The notes below the pieces were generated by a model. That model was given only the letters and a program-made list of their open reading frames with translations, made no database searches and was not told where the DNA came from. From positions 1 through 56,889 of IMG/VR virus record IMGVR_UViG_3300042465_004126: DNA of 56,889 nt; one strand, written 5' to 3'. The stretch comes from a virus. Its lineage: Duplodnaviria > Caudoviricetes. A program made the position numbers and the translations under genes. Shown one piece after another: positions 19,138 to 27,819 of this stretch. Positions within the stretch are counted from its first letter, which is position 1, and each line of letters opens with the position of its first letter.

Positions 19138-19509
19138 TTACATCCCCTCATCGGCCAAGACCTCGGCCAAGATTAAAAGAAACAAACTGCGGGTTAAATT
19201 CAGTGCAGAGTTCCAACCTGCCTTGCGTTCATCAATTGATGAGTACTCAGCCAATGCTCCCGCAGTCAAAAAGGAATTCATGATGTACAGATATTCTTGG
19301 CAAAGCCAAGAGTACTCATACACATTCTCACTGGCATTTAGCATGTCTGTGCTGATGTGGCCGTACTGCAAGTGTTCGTCATCCGGGTGGATGCGAAAGT
19401 CGTCACCTTTGTAATCTGCGGTAGGGATATACGCAGCATCTACCCAGCCGCCTCGATCATTAGTTTGTATCCTCGCTCCACGGGCGGCAGCAAAAAGTAA
19501 GCGGCTCAT
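19138..19509 (-). CDS. Hypothetical protein (paralogue of 18853-19137)
   Basis: MSRLLFAAARGA...LFLLILAEVLAD. Confidence 0.65.
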   Translation of the reverse strand: MSRLLFAAARGARIQTNDRGGWVDAAYIPTADYKGDDFRIHPDDEHLQYGHISTDMLNASENVYEYSWLCQEYLYIMNSFLTAGALAEYSSIDERKAGWNSALNLTRSLFLLILAEVLADEGM

Positions 19510-19625
19510 ATCAAATACCCCGCAAAAAAGGACAGCGCCACTAGCGCCAGCAGCGCGAGGACAATTGCCAAGGCGGTGTCGAGCCAGCCGTAGGCAAATA
19601 GGTTTTCTACTTCATCGTCTTTCAT
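19506..19625 (-). CDS. Small membrane peptide, 39 aa
   Basis: Not in ORF track; MKDDEVENLFAYGWLDTALAIVLALLALVALSFFAGYLI; ATGA overlaps at both ends. Confidence 0.55.
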   Translation of the reverse strand: MKDDEVENLFAYGWLDTALAIVLALLALVALSFFAGYLI

Positions 19626-19867
19626 TTGGCTTCTCCTTTAGCTATTGCGGCAGTGGTGCGGACATCCCAATCCTTGACAAGATTGCGCAAACTTAACGCC
19701 CGAATGATCTTGCGCGACTCTTTCAATACCTTTAGCAACTCCTGATTCGCCTCATAGAGTCGGCGCAGTTCGGCTGCGGCTTCTTCTGTGTCTCGCTGGT
19801 GCTTATCACCGGCTGCATATAGGTCAAGTCGGTTAGCCAGCCGCAATGCTTCTGGTTGCTTGATCAT
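19622..19867 (-). CDS. Hypothetical protein
   Basis: Probable start MIKQPEALRLA after GGAG; 'AAAELRRL', 'AAIAKGE'. Confidence 0.6.
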   Translation of the reverse strand: MIKQPEALRLANRLDLYAAGDKHQRDTEEAAAELRRLYEANQELLKVLKESRKIIRALSLRNLVKDWDVRTTAAIAKGEAK

Positions 19868-20055
19868 TTCGTCTCCTTCAGGGCGTTGCGGGCAATGTCC
19901 ACAACGTCTCCGGGATGGTGCGATTGACACGACGCGATAAGACGTAGCGCCGCCCGCAGCCTCTCGACCTCAGCCTGCAACCGGCGCAGTTCGGCGGCGG
20001 CATCTGCGTAAGCGTCTGAGTAAGCCTGCAAGGCTTCTGGTTGTTGTGTTGTCAT
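19864..20055 (-). CDS. Hypothetical protein
   Basis: 'QPEAL...AAAELRRL.AEVERLRAAL'; coupled. Confidence 0.6.
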   Translation of the reverse strand: MTTQQPEALQAYSDAYADAAAELRRLQAEVERLRAALRLIASCQSHHPGDVVDIARNALKETK

Positions 20056-20140
20056 AGCGGACTCTCCTCATGATTGTTCGGGTTAAACGGCATCGGCGGG
20101 ATAGGCCGGTTCGGGGGTAGTTGGGTTGGGAAGGGCCACG

Positions 20141-20404
20141 TCATGTCCGATGCCCCCGTGATGGCAAGCCAAACGCATCCAAACTTCCTGCCCGTGGAAC
20201 CTGCCGCATACTGTCGCCGTCGCCTGAACGGTACACTGGTCGCTGCCACAAGTCGTTCTCAGCCTGTTTAACTTCACCGGGTTGCTTCTCCCGCTCGACA
20301 TACTCGCCCATGATTACCTTAGTCTTCTTTTGTAGCTCAAGGGCTGCGGGGCGCACCATGTGAGTGGGGGTCCTGTTGACCTTAATTTCATCTAGGATGC
20401 TCAT
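20141..20404 (-). CDS. Hypothetical protein
   Basis: ATGA coupling; C-terminal 'RAGSLDAF.LPSRG'. Confidence 0.6.
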   Translation of the reverse strand: MSILDEIKVNRTPTHMVRPAALELQKKTKVIMGEYVEREKQPGEVKQAENDLWQRPVYRSGDGDSMRQVPRAGSLDAFGLPSRGHRT

Positions 20405-20601
20405 ACTTGTTTCTCCGCGTCAGCTAGGAACTTTCTCAATCGTTTGATTCGGGCGTCCTCGTAGCTGACCACGCTGCTGGCGTACTCTACGGCACTGTGC
20501 GCCTCAAGCCTATGCAGTTCAGCCTCGGCCAGTTCAGTAGCTGCCATCTCCACAGGGGTTAAGCGGCGGGTTATTCTTTTAAATTGTTGTGTCAGTGTCA
20601 T
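20401..20601 (-). CDS. Hypothetical protein
   Basis: 'TP.EMAA.EL.EAELHRLEAHSAVEYA.SVV.Y...RI.RL'; ATG at 20601 overlaps the upstream stop. Confidence 0.6.
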   Translation of the reverse strand: MTLTQQFKRITRRLTPVEMAATELAEAELHRLEAHSAVEYASSVVSYEDARIKRLRKFLADAEKQV

Positions 20602-20696
20602 GCTGCTCTCCATACAAACAGGTCAAAACAGACGGTAATGAAAGCGGCTATGTACGTGAGTACTAGTGCTATTCTGATGGGGGACAATTCTTTCAT
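20598..20696 (-). CDS. Small membrane peptide, 32 aa, first gene after promoter
   Basis: Not in ORF track; MKELSPIRIALVLTYIAAFITVCFDLFVWRAA; TAACT leader. Confidence 0.55.
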   Translation of the reverse strand: MKELSPIRIALVLTYIAAFITVCFDLFVWRAA

Positions 20697-20733
20697 TTCA
20701 GTTACAGCCTTTCAAAGTTAAGAGTTAGGATTT

Positions 20734-20775
20734 GAATTTTAGGTACAACGCTTCTCGGCGTAAAGTTGTATTTTT
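20734..20775 (-). promoter_or_regulatory. Sigma70-like early promoter
   Basis: Minus strand reads AAAAATACAAC-TTTACG-17nt-TAAAAT-TC; conserved with two other sites. Confidence 0.75.
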
Positions 20776-20809
20776 CAATCGGCGGCTACAATTAGATTGT
20801 TAAAAACAA

Positions 20810-21286
20810 TCAGGCGTATCCGGTCTCCCACAACCATCTAGCGAGTAACAACGCCTCGGCTCGACCGTCATGTTTCTTCAGGTGGAGCGGCGCTGTCGGA
20901 AACAACCGAGTCGCTAACGCACGACTAAGCTCTTTGTCGGCGGTAAGTTTAAAATACTTTTTCCAGGTCGCAGGGTGAACCTGCACGAGTTCAAACCCAG
21001 CTGTTGCGAGCACAGCCCGGGCCGCGCCATAGGAGTCCCCCAAGCTGAACACTGAGCTAACCCCCTGCCCAGGCATAGCGCCTACTTTCTCTATAACCGA
21101 AACAACCGCCTCACCGGGTTGCAGGTGCCCCCTGATGAGCGTTTTCATACCCTGAGGGGAAACTTCTGACTTAACTGAGCCAACCCCCTTGAGAACCACG
21201 GGCATGTCCTCTACGGCCGCATAAACACCATTCCGGAGGAACCCCAGGGCACCTGTTAAGCCGGGGTCAATCGCCACTATAAGCAT
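20810..21286 (-). CDS. RuvC-like Holliday junction resolvase
   Basis: 'IVAIDPGLTGA', 'VIEKV.AMPGQGVSS.FSLG', 'P..WKK', 'DGRAEALLLA'. Confidence 0.85.
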   Translation of the reverse strand: MLIVAIDPGLTGALGFLRNGVYAAVEDMPVVLKGVGSVKSEVSPQGMKTLIRGHLQPGEAVVSVIEKVGAMPGQGVSSVFSLGDSYGAARAVLATAGFELVQVHPATWKKYFKLTADKELSRALATRLFPTAPLHLKKHDGRAEALLLARWLWETGYA

Positions 21287-22122
21287 TCGTACTCCTCGCA
21301 GGCGGTTTTCTGGGCATGTTTGCTGAGAGTCTCTCCGGTAATGGAACAAACCCACTCGCCCGGCAGCACTGCGGGGTCAACATGCACGCAAGACCGACAG
21401 GTTTTGAGCGGAGCCACCACGCCTGTGCAGACTTCTTTCATGTCGCAAAACTTGCAGCCGAAAGATTCCCCATCAGTGCTGATTCCTGCGGGCTTAAGTG
21501 TTGCGTTCACCAACGTAACAATTTTGTGTTTCGCGGCTTGTTGCACTACCGGGTCAGCTTTAATACGCTCAATATGGAACTGCTCATCGTCTTTGCACAG
21601 CGCGACGTAGAGTCCCCGGTCGAGCCCGCTCATCATAATACCCGCCTGCACTTGGGCATAATGTTCTGGCTTAGACTTTTGGACCCCGTGCTTGGCGACA
21701 CCGGAAAAACTGTTTTTGTTGTGCGTTTTGATTTCTAGCACGTGGGGGGTCTTTTTAGCTTCGGGTACACCTTTTACTATACCATCTAGTTTGACAATAA
21801 AGTGTCCGGTCTCGTCAACGTATTCGAGCTGCTGTCCGGTGTTAAGGTCACGATCCCATACGCTCACCCCTGCCGCACGCAGGTCGGCTACAATCCGCTC
21901 CTCCTGCCAGTGGCCGGTGCCAAACAGCCTGAGCATGCGCCCGCCAAATTTTGCTTGAGCATACGCCCGCCAACTCAGCCAGGTTTTTCTCATACACTCT
22001 TCGCCTAAAAATGAAGCGCCTAAGCGACCCAGGTAGAAACCCCGCTCGGCCTCTTTCACTTCATAGGTCTTGTAGATATTGTCAATGAGCTGCTGCTCGC
22101 TGCTCTTAGGTAGTGCTACCAT
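21277..22122 (-). CDS. PD-(D/E)XK exonuclease (Cas4/RecB-like, Cys cluster)
   Basis: 'LGAS..G.EC.R', 'LDG.....LEIKT', 'H.AQ.Q', 'CKFC...C...CRSC'. Confidence 0.85.
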   Translation of the reverse strand: MVALPKSSEQQLIDNIYKTYEVKEAERGFYLGRLGASFLGEECMRKTWLSWRAYAQAKFGGRMLRLFGTGHWQEERIVADLRAAGVSVWDRDLNTGQQLEYVDETGHFIVKLDGIVKGVPEAKKTPHVLEIKTHNKNSFSGVAKHGVQKSKPEHYAQVQAGIMMSGLDRGLYVALCKDDEQFHIERIKADPVVQQAAKHKIVTLVNATLKPAGISTDGESFGCKFCDMKEVCTGVVAPLKTCRSCVHVDPAVLPGEWVCSITGETLSKHAQKTACEEYECL

Positions 22123-22142
22123 AGTTATGCCCTTATAAAGCT

Positions 22143-22165
22143 AAAAAAGGGAGCCGAAGCTCCCC
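22143..22165 (-). terminator. Rho-independent terminator
   Basis: Minus strand GGGAGC-TTCG-GCTCCC-TTTTTT after the SSB gene. Confidence 0.85.
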
Positions 22166-22180
22166 ACTAAAAGTTAACCC

Positions 22181-22684
22181 TTAATCCCAAGGGTTGGTAG
22201 GCTTACCACTCGACTTCGCAGCCGGGGGCGGCGCAGCGGGTTTCGAGGCCACGGGTTTAACGGCTGCGGGCTTCTCATCTTCTTCAAACAAGAAGGCTTT
22301 CACCTCGTTGCTGTCGGCATAGCCGCCTGTCCCCTTGCTTATTCCGACCGAAGCCTTAAAAGGTTTGTCAATTAGCTTGTCAGTATCGTCGGCGTTAGGC
22401 TTACCGCACGCGGTGGCCCAAGCTACAAGCTGCTGTCGGCCGATAGCCTGGGCTTTTTCGCTCTTGTTGGTGATGTTGAAGTTTTGCCATATCCAGTGGC
22501 CTGCGTGCATGCCGCCGACCACCTCAAACTTCACTTTAATCATCGTACCGCCGGACTTAGTTTCTTTCTCTTCAGCCTCCAGCGCTTTCAACGTGTAGTC
22601 TCCAGGCTCAATAGGCTCGCGAGACCCCCCACCTACAGATGCAGACGCGTCCACTTCGCTGACGTCAAATCCAAATTTAGCCAT
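22181..22684 (-). CDS. Single-stranded DNA-binding protein (DUF669-like)
   Basis: 'PIEPGDY', 'K.TKSGG.MIK..FEV..G', Pro/Ala tail ending 'NPWD'; adjacent to Sak4-like ATPase. Confidence 0.8.
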   Translation of the reverse strand: MAKFGFDVSEVDASASVGGGSREPIEPGDYTLKALEAEEKETKSGGTMIKVKFEVVGGMHAGHWIWQNFNITNKSEKAQAIGRQQLVAWATACGKPNADDTDKLIDKPFKASVGISKGTGGYADSNEVKAFLFEEDEKPAAVKPVASKPAAPPPAAKSSGKPTNPWD

Positions 22685-22698
22685 GATATATTACTCCA

Positions 22699-23442
22699 TT
22701 AATTAGTAAGAGGGATGAGCTTTGACAAGTTATCGATTGTCATTTCGATGTCTTCCGGGCAGTTGAAACGGTTTTTAGCCGCGTAAGCGGGGCTCTCAAC
22801 GAAATGCAACAGCCGCTCGCCAGTGGTCACCCCACGCGCCTTGGCGACGTCGAAACCCTTAGCGTCGCTCTTCTTGATTATTACTTTAAACGCACAGAAT
22901 GCCAGCACGTCTACCCACTCCTGCATCAGCGCGTTGCAGGCTTTTGGCAGCTTAGGTTGGTAGCGGTCGTAAGGGTCAGTGCGGGGATCTTCAAATTTAA
23001 CCACCGCTGCGTGAGCAATAAGAACCACGTTCATATGCTTCTTGAGCCGCAGCGCATCCAACCCCTGCAAGATCTCTCGAAACTCTTCAGCCATGTACAT
23101 CTGCCCTTTGCCGTAGGCTTGCGCCTTCTCGTCGTACTGAGCGTTGATGCTAGCGCTGATGAGTGGCTCAACCAGCCAATCCACCGAGTCTACCACCACG
23201 GTTTTGAAGTCGTGCTCTTCTTTAAGCAGACTTTTTATGCTACCGACTACGTCAGTAATCACACCCGCCTTGGGGAAACTCACTACATCCAGTGAATCGA
23301 TACCGTCTTCGGTGCTGATGAAGATAGGCTTGGGGAATTGGCTAGCTAAAGTGGACTTGCCAATACCATGCCCACCATATATGCAGATACGCGGGGGGAC
23401 CTGTTGCTTGCCGGAACGCAAGCTATCTTTCCAGTTACTCAT
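22699..23442 (-). CDS. AAA_24 / Sak4-like ATPase (ssDNA-annealing recombinase)
   Basis: 'IYGGHGIGKSTLA', 'FKTVVVDSVDW', 'LIAH', 'AKNR'. Confidence 0.85.
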   Translation of the reverse strand: MSNWKDSLRSGKQQVPPRICIYGGHGIGKSTLASQFPKPIFISTEDGIDSLDVVSFPKAGVITDVVGSIKSLLKEEHDFKTVVVDSVDWLVEPLISASINAQYDEKAQAYGKGQMYMAEEFREILQGLDALRLKKHMNVVLIAHAAVVKFEDPRTDPYDRYQPKLPKACNALMQEWVDVLAFCAFKVIIKKSDAKGFDVAKARGVTTGERLLHFVESPAYAAKNRFNCPEDIEMTIDNLSKLIPLTN

Positions 23443-23468
23443 TATAAAGCTCCTTACAGTTAAACAGC

Positions 23469-23810
23469 TTACGCTGCGGAATCGAAACCCCGAGCCTCAG
23501 GACTAAAATCCCAGCGACGCGGAATATACACAAACTCATTACGGTCCCAACTGAGCGTGGTGATGATATCATCAAACTCAGAAGCCACCTTGATACAAAT
23601 AGCACATAAAGCGGGATCACCTATCATTAAAATTGAGTCTCCGGGCTGCCAGTCGGACAATACACGCCGTGCGTGCTCTATCATGCGGGGGGTGTTGTAG
23701 CTTCTCCCCACCGCACTAAAGACATCCAACAGCCGCCCGAACTGCTCGGCTGCTTTTAAGTCTTTGCGCTCATGTGCATGAGCCACGAAGACAGTTCGTT
23801 CATTTCGCAT
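23469..23810 (-). CDS. Hypothetical protein
   Basis: 'VFV...D...AEQFG.L...D.IL..GDP...L.WDR...Y.P'. Confidence 0.6.
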   Translation of the reverse strand: MRNERTVFVAHAHERKDLKAAEQFGRLLDVFSAVGRSYNTPRMIEHARRVLSDWQPGDSILMIGDPALCAICIKVASEFDDIITTLSWDRNEFVYIPRRWDFSPEARGFDSAA

Positions 23811-25629
23811 TTTTGCTTTTCCTTTCTTTTTTGACACTTGAAATCATTTGCTGTTCATCCAGCGTTAAATAATAGAAACAGCCGCAGGCTTGTGCTATTT
23901 TACAGGCCTCTCGGTAGTACCATGTATAGTCTAGATCAGCGGGTTTACCCACGGGCAGTGCCATGCAAGCTCGAGCGCCTTCGGTCTTAGGCACTTTATT
24001 TCCGTTCTTAACATACCGTAGCGGCTCTAACCCTAACTGGTTTGACATATACCACCGGACCACTTTACCCAAATACTTGCCGCCCTGCTGCCCGCCCCCA
24101 GTTACGTTGCGGGCGCTTATAAAACCCTCAAAGCCTGCGTTTTGTATGGTTTCGAGCAGCGGCGTGCCTGCGGCTAGCCATTGGCCTACAGCGTCCGCAC
24201 AAACCTGTGCAGTGGCGTTTTTATTGAGGCTGAGAGGGGCGTAGATGCCCTTGGCTTTGAGTTTGCGGTCGGTCTTGACTGCGAAGTAATTGTTGACGTC
24301 TTTCATGGCCAACACGCGGTACGGGGTAAACTCAAAATCAAAACCTGAGACCTGACCAAACCGAGCAACAACCCGCGCAACGTCCGCCTGCAGCGCCTGC
24401 GGGTAGCGCATAGCAAGTCCGTCGGTGTTAGCCGACAACGTGACTGCCCCTAGGTGCTCGAGCCATTCAATCAGCATCAGCAGCGTAAACTGGCCGGTTA
24501 ACGTCACCGCCAGCATGAGGTCCGGTGCGTAGAGCACGCTCCAGCGGCTGGCGAGCTTGCCGAATGTGCCGTTCAAACTGATCTTTAGGGTGGCATCGGT
24601 GATCTTGTCTTTGGCCTTCTTAGCGGCGAGCCGCTGCTCGTAAATCGTGCGGTACTCCGTAACAAATCGGGTTCCGAGCCCGGAAGGCACAAACCCACAC
24701 TCAAGGATTATGCTCGGGTAGAAACTAGCAGCGTCGATGTCGGTGATAACATCATCCCCCGCCACGTGGCAAACCGACTTGTCATGGGTGCTGTGAATGC
24801 CCCCAACCCCGAGCTGGTAAGTGCCGGCCCGGAAAGTCACCACCTCAGCCCCCAGGAAGTCCGGCAAGATGACATGCCCAGTAGCTTGATTCATGTCAAA
24901 CACATGCTGTGCGGTACGCTCGAGCAGCGCTTGCAACTCGGGCGTCTTAAACTTGAGGAACGCGGGCGGCTTATAGGTTATGGTCTTAGGGATGGTGTTG
25001 TCGGCACGCTTCAAACCCATTGTCGTTATGTATGCCTGCTCCGCCATTTGAGAGTCCGACTTGCTACGCATGTCGACCCCATATTGCTTGCTCATCTTCA
25101 CGCGGAGCATTAACTCCCCGTCGAGCCGCTTGAGCAACTCCTCCGTAGTGTCTAGGTCATTCACGTTGTATGTGTCAACCATAAGCCGCTGCTCAGGCGT
25201 GATTAACGCGTCATGCGCTATCGGCATGTCCTGCAGCAGCGGCATGTGCATGCGAGCGCCGTAGGCTTTCAAGCTCACAAACGACGGTGCGACCTCAATC
25301 AAGTCAATGCTGTCAAAACCCAGCTGGGGTAGGTTGTACTTGCGTGCCGCAGCCCAAGACTGAAGCCGGTTAACGATGAGGTCATCTGCGATACGCTTCA
25401 TCTCAGCCTCAGTTCGCCCCGCCACAAAAGCTGCAACAATGACGTCGTCAAAAAACTTGTTGTTAAACCCAACAAACGTCGAATCTGGTTGAATGAGAAA
25501 CTGTCGCAGCCGCTCAGCCGCACGGTCCTCATTCCGACGGATTTGCGTGACCTCGCCGGTGTCGACATTCTTGAAGCCGACAACGGTGTAGTTCACTAGG
25601 GTTTCGCAGTCAAACACGTAAGTGCTCAT
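23800..25629 (-). CDS. DNA polymerase, family B-like, with 3'-5' exonuclease
   Basis: ExoI 'FDCET', ExoII 'GFNNKFFD', ExoIII 'YNVND', motif A 'DIDAASFYPSII', motif B 'KISLNGTFGK', motif C 'NTDG'. Confidence 0.92.
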   Translation of the reverse strand: MSTYVFDCETLVNYTVVGFKNVDTGEVTQIRRNEDRAAERLRQFLIQPDSTFVGFNNKFFDDVIVAAFVAGRTEAEMKRIADDLIVNRLQSWAAARKYNLPQLGFDSIDLIEVAPSFVSLKAYGARMHMPLLQDMPIAHDALITPEQRLMVDTYNVNDLDTTEELLKRLDGELMLRVKMSKQYGVDMRSKSDSQMAEQAYITTMGLKRADNTIPKTITYKPPAFLKFKTPELQALLERTAQHVFDMNQATGHVILPDFLGAEVVTFRAGTYQLGVGGIHSTHDKSVCHVAGDDVITDIDAASFYPSIILECGFVPSGLGTRFVTEYRTIYEQRLAAKKAKDKITDATLKISLNGTFGKLASRWSVLYAPDLMLAVTLTGQFTLLMLIEWLEHLGAVTLSANTDGLAMRYPQALQADVARVVARFGQVSGFDFEFTPYRVLAMKDVNNYFAVKTDRKLKAKGIYAPLSLNKNATAQVCADAVGQWLAAGTPLLETIQNAGFEGFISARNVTGGGQQGGKYLGKVVRWYMSNQLGLEPLRYVKNGNKVPKTEGARACMALPVGKPADLDYTWYYREACKIAQACGCFYYLTLDEQQMISSVKKERKSKNAK

Positions 25630-26045
25630 CGGTCTTGGTTGACGTAGCCGGAGCCTGGGTTTGAACCTTCATACTCCGCAATGAGGGCCGCGAGTAAGTG
25701 CCGAGCAGCCTTCAGCTGCCCGAGTTGCGTCCACTCAAACACAACGTGGATGATGGCGGTCTCAAGCCCGACGATGCCGTTCTCGGCTAAAAACTGGGCA
25801 ACCTCGACACGAGGAACCGGGTTGCCGTGAGAGCCTGGTTGCGCAGAGCGCACCTCGATCAATTTCTGCAGGTAATGGTCAGCCTTTTGCAAGTCCTGCA
25901 GGCCGTTCTTCTTACGAAACCGGGACAAGTACTTGGTGCAGCAGCCCTCAAGGTAACCTACACCCCAAGTGTCAACGATGTCCCAATGCTGTAGGGTAGA
26001 TTGGTAATGCGAGCCCGCAACTTGGCGGGCGTTGGCGGAAATCAT
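25626..26045 (-). CDS. DUF3310 protein (putative nucleotide kinase)
   Basis: 'N.RQV.GSHY...QHWD...YLEG..TKYLSR.RKKNG.QDL.KA.HYL.KLIE'. Confidence 0.8.
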   Translation of the reverse strand: MISANARQVAGSHYQSTLQHWDIVDTWGVGYLEGCCTKYLSRFRKKNGLQDLQKADHYLQKLIEVRSAQPGSHGNPVPRVEVAQFLAENGIVGLETAIIHVVFEWTQLGQLKAARHLLAALIAEYEGSNPGSGYVNQDR

Positions 26046-26533
26046 ACAGGTACCCCCTGTTTGATGAGTTCGAAAAGTTCACGCTCGCGGCCAACCAACA
26101 CCATATCAAAAGCGTAGCGGTAGTAGCGGTCAAAAACGGACCGCATGCGGGAGTTGCCCAAGGCGAGATCCCGAGCACAGAACATCGCCCCTTGGGCTAA
26201 GTCAGCCAACTTAAGAATGCGTGCTTCTTCAAGGGTAAGCATAGGGAAATCGATACCCACCGAGCGCATTATCTTGGCCTCCATAGCGGATACCTGGTCG
26301 CTGATGCCGAACTGGCGCTTAGCTGGGCTGGGGATGTCCCCCGTCACCTGCTCAGCGAGGTCATGCAACAGCGCGGCCATCAATAGCTCTCGACTGGCGT
26401 TAGGGTCAATCAAGGTGCACAGCAGCGCGACTTGGTGCGAGTGGTGCCCGACGGTCTCCTGTTGCAATGTGCGCACCGTGTGGTAGCGCAGCACATCCGC
26501 CCCTGCGGCAAAGAAGTCGAGTCGCTCTTTCAC
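26042..26533 (-). CDS. HD-domain 5'-deoxynucleotidase (YfbR-like)
   Basis: 'RYH....ETVGHHS', 'ALLHDLAE..TGDIPSP.K', 'LKLAD'. Confidence 0.88.
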   Translation of the reverse strand: MKERLDFFAAGADVLRYHTVRTLQQETVGHHSHQVALLCTLIDPNASRELLMAALLHDLAEQVTGDIPSPAKRQFGISDQVSAMEAKIMRSVGIDFPMLTLEEARILKLADLAQGAMFCARDLALGNSRMRSVFDRYYRYAFDMVLVGRERELFELIKQGVPV

Positions 26534-26709
26534 AGGGTCACCTCTTCCTGCTGAACGGTTACGGTGTAACCCAGCAGCTTGATGTGCCGGATCGTTTGTG
26601 CAGTGAGGGTACGGGTTCCGGCGATAGCGGCAAACGACTGAGCGTCAGCACACACCGGGATTACCACTTGTTGGCCGTATTGGTCTTTAATGCGGACGAT
26701 GATCTTCAT
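26530..26709 (-). CDS. Small conserved phage protein, 59 aa
   Basis: Not in ORF track; MKIIVRIKDQYGQQVVIPVCADAQSFAAIAGTRTLT...LGY; GGAG RBS; GTGA overlap. Confidence 0.75.
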   Translation of the reverse strand: MKIIVRIKDQYGQQVVIPVCADAQSFAAIAGTRTLTAQTIRHIKLLGYTVTVQQEEVTL

Positions 26710-26748
26710 TTTTCAGTTACTCCAGTTATAGCAGTTATGTGCTGAGGT

Positions 26749-26789
26749 GAATTTTAGGCCGGAAATAACACCCCAGGCGATTGTATTTT
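26749..26789 (-). promoter_or_regulatory. Early/middle promoter (AAAATACAA...CCTAAAATTC)
   Basis: Shares upstream box and -10 region with 20734-20775 and 33207-33249; -35 degenerate. Confidence 0.65.
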
Positions 26790-26817
26790 CAAATCACACC
26801 CGCAAAGGCGATTGTGT

Positions 26818-27819
26818 TTACTCTTTCCCGGAGCGGATTAGGTCTCTCTTATCAATCCAGTCAAAACAGGCTCGACGCCAGTCATCTGCACGCACCTTAG
26901 CGGCCCAGCCCCGCCCGTCACCGGCGTGAATTTTACGCACCCGGCTGACCATTGCCATAGGGTGCGCGACGTGCTTGAGGAACGGGTGCGTATAGGTTGC
27001 CTCCTGGTTAAACGGGTCATCACAGAACCGCTCGCAGTCAACCAAGAATGACTTATATTCCCCGTTAAGCATGAGCGGAGAGGGTCTAATTTTTCCCGAG
27101 GAGTAATGGTCGTAGTCTTCAGCCATCGGCGGTTGTGACACGTAATGTTTGGCCTCATACAGCTCGGTGTAAAGATGCAAATTGTTGCTGATTTGACGGT
27201 AAATTCCAGGACGCAGGCCTACAGAACATGCAATAAACTCTTGCAAAATGCTAAAATGGACCGAGTTAGCCCCGTATGCCCCCCACCAGATATCATTTGA
27301 ACGGTTTAGTACGGTCATGTTCAGCCGACCGCCCCGAGTGTCAAACATCACCTGCGTGTTGCAGGCTTTGTCCCGGGTGCGTCGGTTCAAGTCCACGGGG
27401 TCCCAAATCTGCATGACAGCCTGCCGAGTCTTGGGATCACGCCGTAGCAGGTTGATGACGTCTACAATCTGGTCCCGTCCGAAGTGCTTGCGCAGTCGGT
27501 AACCATAGGCCGCGTTGTACACTTTGCCGTCATCGGAGTACTGCCCGATGCGGCTGTTGAACTGCTGCAGGAAAGCGACATCCCGCCGCCCCGCTAATAT
27601 CCACACGCTCTCAAGTAGATGAAAAATAGGGTTAGCGTCCCGCCCCAAGTGAAACAACACTCGCTCAACTGGGCAGTCGTAAGTGGTAATTACCGGCTCG
27701 GGTATAACCAGCGCGGGCCCGTTGCGCGTGGGCTCGGGCTTTAGACCTTCGGCGTTAAGGCGCCAAAATATCTCGCTGAATGCCTGGTTCACATTGCGGA
27801 CTTTAATTTCCATGCTCAA
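26818..27819 (-). CDS. Thymidylate synthase-fold dUMP hydroxymethylase
   Basis: 'TRNG', 'ANP.FHL.E..W.LAGR.D', 'SDDG', 'AYGYR', 'RQAV.QIWD', catalytic Cys in 'DKACN', 'NRSND..WG.YGAN' (Asn indicates dUMP specificity), 'NLHLY'. Confidence 0.85.
   Translation of the reverse strand: MSMEIKVRNVNQAFSEIFWRLNAEGLKPEPTRNGPALVIPEPVITTYDCPVERVLFHLGRDANPIFHLLESVWILAGRRDVAFLQQFNSRIGQYSDDGKVYNAAYGYRLRKHFGRDQIVDVINLLRRDPKTRQAVMQIWDPVDLNRRTRDKACNTQVMFDTRGGRLNMTVLNRSNDIWWGAYGANSVHFSILQEFIACSVGLRPGIYRQISNNLHLYTELYEAKHYVSQPPMAEDYDHYSSGKIRPSPLMLNGEYKSFLVDCERFCDDPFNQEATYTHPFLKHVAHPMAMVSRVRKIHAGDGRGWAAKVRADDWRRACFDWIDKRDLIRSGKE

Noticed and set aside
26818-27819. Ordinary thyA or dCMP hydroxymethylase
   Set aside because: The specificity residue is Asn (dUMP-type), not Asp, and the gene context is hypermodification. 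Canonical ThyA is not formally excluded without an assay.
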